This document shows, in pieces, positions 25,908 through 37,338 of a stretch of 64,000 nt of DNA. The notes beneath the pieces are model-generated. The model did not search any database, was not told the origin of the DNA, and was given only the letters and a program-made list of their open reading frames with translations. The DNA lies in NCBI GenBank assembly GCA_964016885.1, contig OZ024749.1, forward strand, positions 17,608,001 to 17,672,000, given 5' to 3'. Position 1 is the first letter of the stretch. Every line of letters starts with the position of its first letter. The DNA comes from Eledone cirrhosa. Its lineage: Eukaryota. The position numbers and the translations under genes were made by a program.

Positions 25908-27566
25908 CATATCTGATGAGATGTCAAATAAAGCGTCGGGTCCAGTCATCTTGATTGTACCTGTAGCAGGAGTTGCCTCCCTTGTTGTGACACGCACATC
26001 ACCAATAGATTAATGCTCTCTAGATAGGAAGTAGAACCCTTTCTGTAACTTCCGGCAGAACCCTATAAAGGGAATAACTTTAAGCTCCCTACCTCTCATT
26101 TGCCTTTTCGGCCAGGCGCGTTCGCCTGGCAACCAAAACGGTAACTAATAACTTTGCTTCATTCTCTCATCTATTCATTGACATGTCAACTATACTGTTC
26201 TATATATCCACAAAGTGTTGATTAAATATTATACACACAAACCACGTCTCTTGTTATACTTGTTTTGTTATACTAAGTGAAGCCTTTCTTTCTTTTTCAT
26301 CATGGTCACTCTCACACACACATTTTTTTCAAAAAGGCTGCCAACGACCTGTTGCACTATCATTTTCGCGCCATTTTCTCGCGCAATAGAAATCTTTTTT
26401 TGTCAACTTAACCTTGTTTTGGCACGTGTAGGCAGCAGAATTCTAGACTCACGGAGATAACCACACGCCATGAGATAACGTTTCTCGCCAAGGATTCTCC
26501 AGCCTTAAGCTATATTCTCCTATTTGCCGGTTTAAAAATTTACCACGTAAATTTGCCGTTGAAAACTGCGCATTTATTCAGAATGCTTATTTCTTTGGTC
26601 GCTGACCTCTTGACCCTTCCAGGTCAATGCATTCTCAACATCGACCATCAACTTCGGCTGTTATTTCTAGCACTTAGCGCAACTCATTTTTTCTGAAAAA
26701 ATTTTTTACTGTGAATTTAAACGTTGAATACGCTCACCCCGCGAGACAACAACATCAACAGAAACACAGCTTCATCAACAACCAAAACCAGCAGAACAAG
26801 CCAGAGAATTTATTTTTGCAGCACTCTTCCTGCGAGAAAATCCATTCGGAGGTTGGAAATTTCACGTTATACCACAGAACAGAAACCACCTGCATTCATT
26901 CTCTGGAACACACTTTCTTTCCTGCTGTCATGTGATTGCACACCTGTGAACTGTATTTTGAACATTTGAACTTTGAGATCTTCTCTTACTTTATTACATT
27001 GTATCTTTGGGTGATGGATGGATAGATGTCCAGTCGTTCTCTGGCCAAGAGCGGTTCGCTACCTTGATATCTATCATTGATTATTGCAAACATTAGTTTT
27101 TTCGTAATTTTCATGCCTGTTACAACATTCTCGCCAACTTACTACATACATATTTCATTCGATTTTTATATTCTAAAATTCTGGCGGGAGGTTATGTAGC
27201 AGGAGGTTGCCTCCCTTTTTGTGACACTCACATCACCAATAGATTAACGCTCTCTAGATAGGAAGTAGAACCCTTTCTGTAACTTCCGGCAGAACCCTAT
27301 AAAGGGAATAACTTTAAGCTCCCTACCTCTCATTTGCCTTTTCGGCCAGCCGTCTTCAGCCAGGAGCGTTCGCCTGGCAACCAAAACGGTGACTAATAAC
27401 TTTGCTTCATTCTCTCATCTATTCATTGACATGTCAACTATACTGTTCTATATATCCACAAATTGTTGATTAAATATTATACACACAAACCACGTCTCTT
27501 GTTATACTTATACAACCCAGTATTCTGTTATATACCCTAACCTGATATCGAAACAATTGTAATATG
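25908..27566 (+). ncRNA. Hammerhead ribozyme split by LTR-element insertion
   Basis: CATAT-CTGATGA-GATGTCA (25908-25926) .. [insertion] .. TGATATC-GAAA-CAATTG-TA-ATATG (27543-27566). Same arrangement at 53934/56856. Confidence 0.75.
25962..27532 (+). mobile_element. Second non-autonomous LTR element of the same family, PBS region deleted
   Basis: LTRs 25962-~26260 and 27195-27532, TSD TACC, PPT ggcgggaggtta. Confidence 0.92.
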
Positions 27567-28373
27567 CCAATAAAGTTTGTACTTATACTGCAACACTGAC
27601 TTCGATTATTTTCAATCTATACTCTGTAAATTACAGCCGTAACCCTGGAATACATCCTAATCGAGACGAACTCCGTAACAGCATTGAGTCCTTCGAACGG
27701 CGCGTAACTGTAGTTACGCACCTAACTATCACATACATACACAGACTTATATTTACATATACACACGTATGGGCAAGCTGCGGCCCGCGAAGCTTTCTGA
27801 GTGGCTCGCCTAAGTCACCTAAGTGAAATATTTCAGATTTTTTAACCCAAACTTTTCAGCCGTAATTTATTTTTCTATCATTTTTATGATCGAGGAAAAT
27901 AATGCGTAAGAATCCTGAATGAACAAATCAAAACAACTTGAGTTACCGCCCCTGTTTTTTTTAATGTGGGCACGAATGTAAATTAGCGCTTGTGACACGC
28001 CTGATGAGCCATATCCCTGTGGTGGTGTGGAGGAGGTCATCGGAAGCTGGGGACGATCGACCGGAGGCGGAAGAGGGAGTGACGTGAGATGCGTACCCAG
28101 GAGCATTCATAGGCCCTGTTTCGGCTGTGACCCGCGACGGACGGACGTGCGAATTGCAAGCTGCAACTTGGCGAACGGATTATACCCACGTGGATGAGCC
28201 TTGCTCGCTGAGTGAGCTTCCAGAATTGCGGTAAGTGCAGTAGCTTTCTCATTACAAGCTATTTCGACTTACAATTGAAAAAAAACAAAAAAGGAAGAAT
28301 TTTTTTTTTAAGACAAAGCTGCCGGAAAACAGAGAGAATTCTGTTGTTTGTTACTTACCGCAGGACTAAGGAG

Positions 28374-29138
28374 ATGGCGACGAGATTATGGATGAGCGGA
28401 GAAGTAATTAGAGCTTTTACCGGTGAAGGTGACGTTGTCGCCTGGATGCGAAAGGTTCGGCTGGTCGCTGAGCTGCAAAAGATAGACGATGTAGCGGGCC
28501 TCATCGCACTCCATCTCGAAGGCGACGTGCTAGCATTGTACCTCGAGATGGATGACCTCAGCCAGAGAGACGCGCAAAACATTGAGCGGCGTATGATGGA
28601 AGCGTTCGCGGAAGGACCGCTTACCGCGTTTGCTAAACTGGTAAGGATTAGGTGGAACGGTGAGCGTGTGGATATTTTTGCAGCGGCGATAAGGCAATTG
28701 GCCATGCTAGCTGGGTTTCAGGTGGAATGCGAACATGCGGTGCGGTTGGCGTTCATAAACAGACTTCCGGATGGTATCACGGTGAAACTGCAGAAAATAC
28801 CTGGCTTCAAGGAAATGTAGATGTGTGCACTGATAGAGCAAGCCCGCATTATAGCAGAGGATGCCAAGAAGAGTGATGCGACAATAGCAGCAACGGAGAC
28901 CCGGGGCAGCCGACAGCGAAATGGAGAAAGGGAGACAAACACGGCGCGCAGTCCCCCGCGAATGTTTAGAGGTCGTTGTTTTAGGTGCCAGGGCGCGCAT
29001 ATGGCGAGAGACTGTAAAGAGTCAAGGCCGGACATAATTTGCTACCGGTGTAAGCGGCCAGGCCACATCGCTACCAGTTGCGACCAGGGAAATGGTCCAA
29101 AGGGGGCTACTGCGCCGGTAGTTACCCCTCGCGAGTAG
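28374..29138 (+). pseudogene. gag: gag with two zinc knuckles, one in-frame TAG (28818-28820)
   Basis: FTGEGDVVAW..LHLEGDVLALY; CFRCQGAHMARDC and CYRCKRPGHIATSC. Confidence 0.85.
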
Positions 29139-29698
29139 AGGCTTTGCCCGTGGTGAAAATCTTTGTGAGGGGAAAGCCATTACGAGCTCTCGTGGACACC
29201 GGCTGTACGACGACACTACTGACCTTGGTGGTGGTGCAGAAGTGGAGAGGGAAGAGTAGCGTAAAGGCAGTCGACGGTAGGAAGATTGAATGTCGAGGTC
29301 GCAGCGAGGTGGAGATGGCGGAGCGGGGGCACATCTCACCAATGGAGGCAGTGTTTTGGTACAACATGACCGCTCGGGTGGGACAGGCTGAGGAATCGGT
29401 ACCACACAGAGCAATATACAGATACGAGTGGCGGCATCCGTGCACTGTACCACAACGGCCAGTGGAGAGAGAGAACGCATTCGTACAGGTGGGCGAGGAA
29501 GTCTGGGTTAAGCCCCCAGACGCACGTTGCACATCTCAATGGGGAAAGGGAACGGTGACGGCTGTAAATTCCCAGAATAACGTGTCCGTGGACGGAATGC
29601 CAAGTCATATCCTGGATGTCCGTAGAGTCGTTGTGTTAACGGACTCCAGGGAAGAGGAAATCCAAAGCGCCGCCCCGATGTTACGGGGATCGCAATGA
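29078..29698 (+). pseudogene. pol: Truncated pol: aspartic protease N-half fused to integrase C-terminus
   Basis: ALVDTGCTTTL protease motif; FVQVGEEVWVK..W GKGTV integrase C-terminal-like; RT, RNase H and the IN core are absent. Confidence 0.8.
29087..29128 (+). promoter_or_regulatory. Predicted -1 ribosomal frameshift signal
   Basis: Slippery G GGA AAT in the gag frame, 8-nt spacer, stem GGGGGCTACT..GGTAGTTACCCC; the protease is in the -1 frame. Confidence 0.75.
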
Positions 29699-31039
29699 GA
29701 TCGATGACCGCCTGGATTGACGGCAGATTATCACATGCAGCAGTGTGAGGGGGAGATTGATCCTTGAGATCAAGGGGACATGTGGGATGGTGTGGTGGTT
29801 TGGGGGTGACCGGAAGCTGGGGACGATCGACCGGAGGCGGAAGAGGAAGTGACGTAAGATGCGTACCCAGGAGCATCCGTGAGCCCTCTTTCGGGTGTGA
29901 CCCGCGATGGACGGACGTGCGAATTGCGAGCTGCAACTTGGCGAACGGATTACACCCACGTGGATGAGCCTAGCTCGCTGAGTGAGCAGAATTGCAGAAT
30001 TGCGGTAAGTGCAGTAGTTTTCTCATTACAATCTCAAGCGGCCCGCTTCTCGAAAAAGGTTGCCCATACTTGGTATATATATATATAGATGCATATATAT
30101 ACGTTGGGTAGCACCTGTGTGTGCGTTTATGTCTCATAAGATAGTGTTTCGATTTTGAAAAATGTTCGATAAAGTATTTTAGGAGGTGATCAAATTGTTT
30201 GATAAGCAAAGCAACATTTTGATTTCTATTTTAATTTACACTCAAGAGGTGCAACACGGAATACTGAGCCAGAAATCCAGAAAACCTGAGTAGTGTCACC
30301 TATAACTAGAAATACAGTGAATTACCAGGACTTCCCTGACCGTTTCCTTACCGAACCGGTCACTTCCGAGACCGCTAGTATTCTCGGTTATCCTGGACTG
30401 TCGTTTTTCTCCATAAAATGCAGGAGAATGAAAGCCCGGTGAGATAGAGTGAATGGTGTAGCCTGTGTTGCTGGTTGTTTTCTGGAGCAATGCCTTTGCC
30501 ATGTTTTTTCTGCGAATTACAGCTGAGATACAGTGATCACTCTTCGGTCTCAAATAATCGTACCAGCCCTCATGCTTATTAATTTTTCAGATATTTTCCA
30601 ACACCCCTCTCTTATTCCAATCCAACCGCTTATCAAATTTTGCTAATTTTTCTCAGGTGAAATTTTATCTTAAGTGGTAGCATTCCTCTGATAATTTTTT
30701 TTAGTCATCAAAACCCATTATATGACAAAAAAAAGAACATACGTTATAAATTAAATAGGATGGTTTGGGGTCTCAATATGTAAACTAATCAACTAATTCT
30801 TCTGTCTAAAAAATATCAAGGGAGACAACATAGAAAAATTACCCCCCCCCCTATTATTTGGGAGCCGAGAGTAAGTGTTTCATTATGATTTATTCAAAGT
30901 ATATCATTTAAAGAATTAAACATAAAAACAAACATATTCAATATAGAAAATCTCACAATACCATGAAAAACCATGGACCTTGTATAAAGATTATTGAACA
31001 GTATCAAATTAAAAACAAAACACTATCAGAGGAAACAAA

Positions 31040-31500
31040 AAAGGGGGGAATGAAAAGGAATCGAGTAGCGAAAGAAATGGAGTGGGAAAAGAACAGACAT
31101 TAGACCCCAGTCTGAGCAGTGCCTTAGCCATGCCCCGTGGTCAAAATGGATAATACATTACCGCGGAGAATGACCAGAGACACCCACTGCACCAACCACC
31201 ACACCTCCGAGGTTCTCTCCTTAACCGGACCGCCGTCAGTTTCAATTGAAATATAAAATAATTTAAAATAAGAGAATACAGATATATCTCTGTATTTTAA
31301 TTGAAACAGATGGTGGCCTGCTTGAGGGGGGATTCCTGTGAGGTGGTGTGGCTGGTGTAGCAGGTGTCTCTGGCCCTTCTCTGCAGTAATCTATTTTCCA
31401 TTTTGACCACGGGGCACGGCTGAGCCACCATTCAGACCAGAGACTAGAATCTGTCCTCCCCACTCTCCATTTCTTTTTACTTTTCATTTCATCCCCTCCC
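31040..31500. repeat. Diverged inverted repeat (~190-bp arms)
   Basis: ccccgtggtcaaaatgga / tccattttgaccacgggg and gtttcaattgaaata / tattttaattgaaac. Copy at ~60000-60465. Confidence 0.85.
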
Positions 31501-31610
31501 CCCTTTAGTAGATCGATATAGTTGCACTTACCTAATTAGATAGATGAATTACTGCTTATCGACGTCTTTCATCAAGTCTTTCATTTTGTTGAGAATACTT
31601 TTATTTCCAA

Positions 31611-31750
31611 GGCGGTGAATTGGCAGAAAATTCCTTGTGGTATTCCTTCAAGATCTGCGCTCTGTGTTCAAATACCACCGAAGTCAACTTTGATTTTCAT
31701 CCTATCGAGATCAACAAAATAAAAGTAGCAGTTCAATACTGGGATCGATT
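31611..31750 (+). mobile_element. tRNA-derived Meta-type SINE (diverged)
   Basis: ggcggtgaattggcagaa..gttcaaatacc..ttttcatcctatcgagatc. Copy at ~60573. Confidence 0.7.
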
Positions 31751-32924
31751 CTTCCTCTATATCTCTGTATCACATACACACTCACTCTCTTGTTCCCCGT
31801 ATCTATCTATCCTTTTCTGGAAGAAATTGTCTGTGAAACCAATCCCGTCCAGGGTAGCCTCTCCTTTCATCCTTACGCTGTCTATAAAACAAAGTACTAG
31901 TAACGCACTAAGGTAGGTTTATTTTAGTCTATGAACTTTACAGCCGACCCTCATACCAAGATATTTCTATAGTAAAAATACCAGAAGTGAAAAAATATAT
32001 ATATAGTGCATCACTTCAACGAAAATATATATACACATATATGTTTGTGTGTAGAGAGACAGAACTTACCACTAAATACAAAATATGTTTGAATAGCATT
32101 CAACTGTTTTGATATGTAATGTATAAACATGTTTGACGAGATGCGAATTTCCCATACATTAATTACAATTAATTTTAGTCCTCGACCTTTCAGTAAATGT
32201 CTTTGAATTCTTCTGTACATGTTCTCCACTGATGTCAAACGTTAAACTATTTGACAATCAAGAACGATAACTCAGAATGACAACTATTATCCGTCGCTGA
32301 GTTGTTTCCCAAGGGTGTGTGTGTCTACGTGTGTTTATATATGTATACTTGTATACATACATGTTGATGGCTACAACCCGATTTCGAGTAACACCACGGA
32401 CGTAGCGTTTTAGTCCTACAAGGCACTTGCCTATGGCCAGGAAGGCCATGCATCGCAAAAATGTCACATATCACGCGATGCCTGTGCTCGAAGCTTTTTT
32501 AAGTGATGAAAGGTTTAGCAGGGGTTAAATCCCACTCTCTGAACATCGAATGTATTTAACCAAAACTTACAATTGGTCTACATCATTGGGTGCAAACGAA
32601 GTCACAAACTTTATAACAGTGTGACCTTCTAGAGAGATGTCTTAATGAAGAGCAGGAATGTGACCATTGCAACACCCACCCCACCTCACGGGGCTCCTTC
32701 CTCACGTGTGCTGCTGTCTTTCCAATAGTGTATACATAGCATCTATACAGTATACATATATATGTATAGTATATATAGGTTGAGATGACCCCTATGTAGT
32801 ATCAAAGAAATTACAAAATCTCTAGGTTTGGTGATCTACACCAAGCATGTAAAAAATGAAATGCGGCTTGCCGCCCTTTACAAGCCCACCTGAGGCCCGC
32901 ACATGTTTTTATAGCAGGAACATG

Positions 32925-33697
32925 TTTTAACATTACCTATTGAGTACACTGAGATGCAATCGTTCCTAGCAGTGATACCCTTGCTAGTTCCGTCATATTA
33001 ATATTATTATTATATATATATAAGGGCGGGGGATTGGCAGAATCGGTAGAGAGTCGGGCGCCATGCTTTCCAGCATAGTTACGTCCCTTTACGGTCTGAG
33101 TTCATGCAGGAGCATGTTTTATCTTCGTAATATAAAGTAAAGAAAAATTAGTTGTAATATGCTCAATTGGTTGTCGTGTGCGGCCCTCAGACAACACAAA
33201 TGTGACCCATATGGTCCTTGGGGTACCCTCAGTTTGACATGCCTGATCTACATGATAAAGGTTTCCAGTACATGCTTTAATGTGGGTGTGATAGGAAGCG
33301 TTTCTAATCACAGAGAGCTTACCAGAGAAGGGTTTTGAGGACCCTTTAGTTGTGTCAAGGGCATGGCAACCTCCGTAGTGTTGGGGTCTACATAAATACA
33401 CCCAGTGTGTGATGTAAAGTTGTTGGTGGTAGGGAGGGTACCCAGCCACACAAAACTCGCCAAACAAAAGGTTGGGAGGACAGTTCAGTTGTGTTGAAGA
33501 CATGACACTATCTTTAGTAATGGTGCCACAATACAATACACTCAGTAGAATGTGGGACAATATGTAAAGAGGTGTGGACCATCCACTCCATTCTGGTTTG
33601 TGAAGACCTGACCAATCCTTGTTAAAGTGGATGTTAAATGATGATGATGAGCTGTGACGTTACTGGTACCAGGCTGTTTCTGACTTTACATAGCACG

Positions 33698-33730
<33 letters not shown>

Positions 33731-34152
33731 CAAAAAAAAAATGAATTAAAACATATTTAGGATTTTGTGTTTCTCAATTAGCAAGCTCAATAGACAATAT
33801 CTAGAGCCATAATAACTAAACGAGGATATATATATATAATAATAATTGTTTCTACTTTAGGCACAAGGCCAGCAATTACGCAGTGTATTACTGGTACTTT
33901 ATTTTATCGACCCCGTAAGGATGAAAGGCAAAGTAAACCTCGGTGGGATTTGAACTCAGACCGTAAACGGACGTAACTATGCTGGACTCTACGGATACTG
34001 CCAATCCCCCGCCCTTATATATATAATAATAATATTACTGCCAATCCACCGCTCTTATATATATAATAATAATATTAATATAACGGAACTAGCAAGGGAA
34101 TCACTGCTAGGAACGATTGCATCTCAGTGTACTCAATAGGTAATGTTAAAAA
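32925..34152. repeat. Inverted repeat (~180-bp arms including a SINE head) around ~850 bp
   Basis: 32925-33104 is the reverse complement of ~33951-34152. Copy at ~61615-62834. Confidence 0.9.
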
Positions 34153-37100
34153 ACTCCCAGAGTATATTTAACATGTACTTCAAAATCAATCGATTGGATC
34201 ATTGCTCCAATGGATGCACTCGATCAAACAGAGCCCTCAGCATGTATTTCAAGCTGCGCTTTTACACTAGCATGGTACTTCCCATGGCCATCTCTGAATG
34301 TGAAACATGGAAACGCACTGAGAAGATTGATAGGTATCTAAAAGCTTTCCATCAGAGGAGCCTGCGTAGGATTGTAAAGGTCAGCTGGTAAGATCCTGTG
34401 GAAAGCAAGGTCACATACACTGCAGGAGATAATCCTGAATGTTGGTTCCATTTTGCACCTCTCAGAAGATCACCCAAAACAGCGATGACATGGATTCACC
34501 TTGAAGGCAAGTGGAAAAGAGGCCAGCCGCAAATGATCTGGTGGAACACATTCCAAAGTGTCCCACAAACTGTCAACATCAGCTGGCATGGATGTCAACA
34601 AGCTGTCACCAACTGAAATCATTGGAAACAATTAGTTAATGGTAGTGGTAGTGTTTGCTGGTAAGTTGCTGGTGTATACACATGTTGTTGTTGTTGACAT
34701 ATATTCCTGATGGAACAATCTGGACTAAGAACTAAAGAGCTATACATACCATGTTATCACTATATATATATTCAGTACACACAATATATATAGACTATAT
34801 GATGTTGTCCAAAGGAAAGTCAAAGGCCGATATAACTTGGAACCAGAGTTGTCACAACTTAATTTTTTCCAGCTGATGAAATAAAATGTTTTATTGTACG
34901 ACAGAACATGCTGCCCAGCCCAGGAATTGAACTCACAAGTTTATCATTGAGTCCAACACCCTAACCAATACTCTATTACCTTTTACTCATGACTTAAAGG
35001 GACCCTGTGGGAAAAACGGCAATAATACACCATTGAGATGATCAACTGGTCAATCTATCAAATAAAATGACCATCATCATCATCATTCACTGTCCACTAT
35101 CACTAAAACATAGGAAGACATGTAGATTAGTGGTAAGAGAATTGGATTGACAACCATGGGGTTCTGAGTTCAATTCCTTGACTAGGTAATGTGTTAAGTC
35201 CTTCAGCAAGACACTTTATTTCACCTTGCTCTATCTGCCAGGAATTACAACTGGTAGATTGTAGATTACATCCTCAATTGGAAAGTCTAATGGAAACATT
35301 GTTTCTTTGGTCCAATCTGATGAGTTCTACTCCACATGGTAAGTAAGAACTGAGATGTTGAGATTTGTTACCAAAAAATCACTAAAATCAAGATCCTGGG
35401 TTGGTATAACTACCTGGTTTGTATGTGTTGTGGTATGGTATGTGATGTGGTACGTGGTGTGGTTTACTGTGGTGATCTGGTGTGGCATGATGTGTACATT
35501 GTGGTGTGTGTGCAGGGTGATGTGTAATGTAAAGAGGAAATTTTACACACATAGGACCTAGAAGGGGTGTGTGAGGACTCTACCCCCGACAACCCTCTCA
35601 GAAATAAATGGGTGAAGAAAAAGAGAAGAAAGTTGTAAAGTATTTTCAAACGTGAATTATTTTTTTAAAAAGTCAATTTCAACTGTCATGGAAGTACCAT
35701 CCAACAAATATTAATGTGATGTAATTGTTTTTATTTACACATGTGGATATTTTGTCATAAATATAAATATAAACCAGTTAAGGATTACAAAATAAACATA
35801 TATAAACACATCAATTTTTTTTTTTTTAATGATGTCACTGTGGCATTTGAAGCTTGGTGGAGCCCTTCACTCTCCAGGTTTGAACAGTTTTCTTCCTGAG
35901 AAGGAGAGAGAATGAGAGAGAGGAAGTGAGATAGAAATATAGAGAGGAAGAACAGACCCCAGTGATAGACTGGTATTGTTTTTTATCAACTTTGAATGGA
36001 CAAAAGAAAGTTGACCTCAGCAGGATTTATATGGCAGAAAGCATTCTATCTATTGTTTTATAGACTTTAAATAAATGTTTCTACTTTTGACTCAAGGCCA
36101 GCAATTTGAAGAGAAAGGGGAATGCCAATTAAATAAGGCCCAGTGCATTACTGTTACTGTTTTTTTTTATTAACCTTGAATGGATGAAAGTTAAAGTTGA
36201 CCATGGCATGATTTAAACCTAGAATATAAAGGACTAACTTTATGACACAAAGCATATCGTATGACACTCTACTGATTCTGCAAATCCACCACCCTCAACA
36301 ATGAAATGAGATTGTGTCTCTGTAAGAGCCTTAATGACAAATAACATGAAGAGGTATTTAACAGGGTGTATTTGTTAATTACAATACAAAACCTCTGAGA
36401 ATGATTTCCAACATATTTCACCATAATAAATGTTCATCAATATATATTAATATTATTATTATTTTCTGCTAGCAAGTGTAATGTGCATATTGATATTATA
36501 CGCAGGTATATATACATGTAGATATGATACATCAAATAAAATCGTAATTGACAATATATAATACGATAAATTGAACGAAGACTGTGTTACACTGTCTTAT
36601 TTAATCAGTAACGTAATCCATGATAGATTAAAAAAGGACGATATTATATATAAACTGCATTAGGAGAGAATTAGTGACGGAAATATATGAATGTTTATTT
36701 AAGCGATGGCTAACCGGAAGTATTGACATTTCAGAAATTTTAAAGAAGTGAATCTTTAAATAAACAAAATATATTTAATCAACAGCCACAGAATGTAGTA
36801 GATGAATTATGTAATATTTATTCATTATTTATTCAAAGTGATGCAACTTATTTTACTAATAGGATAGAAAATTATAAACAGTACGCAATACTGCGCTCCA
36901 TTCTTTATTATAGTTTAGAATTATTAGGTCATGTGCGTTGGTCAGAACAATTCTACTCTTTTTTTTCACGATCTTCCATGGCATTCCTGAGATCATTAAT
37001 CTCCAGCTGGACATCCTGAAACATCTGATCTATGTAGGTCAATCTCAGATATCGCTCTAGTGTCTTACAATGTTTAGGTATCCACCACAATAGCCAGCTC

Positions 37101-37338
37101 ATCCTACCCTCAGTAGCAATGTCCAGCTTATTTTGTCCTCCGCTCCCTAGTTATTATGGTAATCTTTGATATATGTCAGTATATTTCTTCCAAAAACAAA
37201 AATAATAATATATATATACACACACACACACAACATATATGTCGGGATGTATAAGATTTCTCAAGCTTCACATTTTATATTCTCCCTTCCAAAGTGCGTC
37301 TATATATTTGTGTTTTTCATATTTCACAGTGATGGGGT

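Larger units (their letters stand above)
28018..30030 (+). mobile_element. Internally deleted Ty3/Gypsy LTR retrotransposon
   Basis: TG..CA LTRs 28018-28256 and 29781-30030, TSD ATCCC/ATCTC, purine tract before the 3' LTR, gag-PR and integrase C-terminus only. Confidence 0.92.
27764..30072. mobile_element. hAT (Charlie-like) non-autonomous DNA transposon hosting a Gypsy insertion
   Basis: TIRs CACGTATGGGCAA / TTGCCCATACTTG with subterminal GCGGCCCGC motifs; 8-bp TSD not clean. Confidence 0.6.
21667..35318 (+). repeat. Segmental duplication, copy 1 (copy 2 at 50288-64000+)
   Basis: Colinear near-identical sequence, including several identical ORF-track translations (e.g. 30296 vs 59256, 31620 vs 60583). 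Confidence 0.97.

Noticed and set aside
28818-28820. TAG within gag as programmed readthrough
   Set aside because: Lies mid-gag before the zinc knuckles, lacks a readthrough context, and is shared only by the segmental duplicate; most likely a nonsense mutation.
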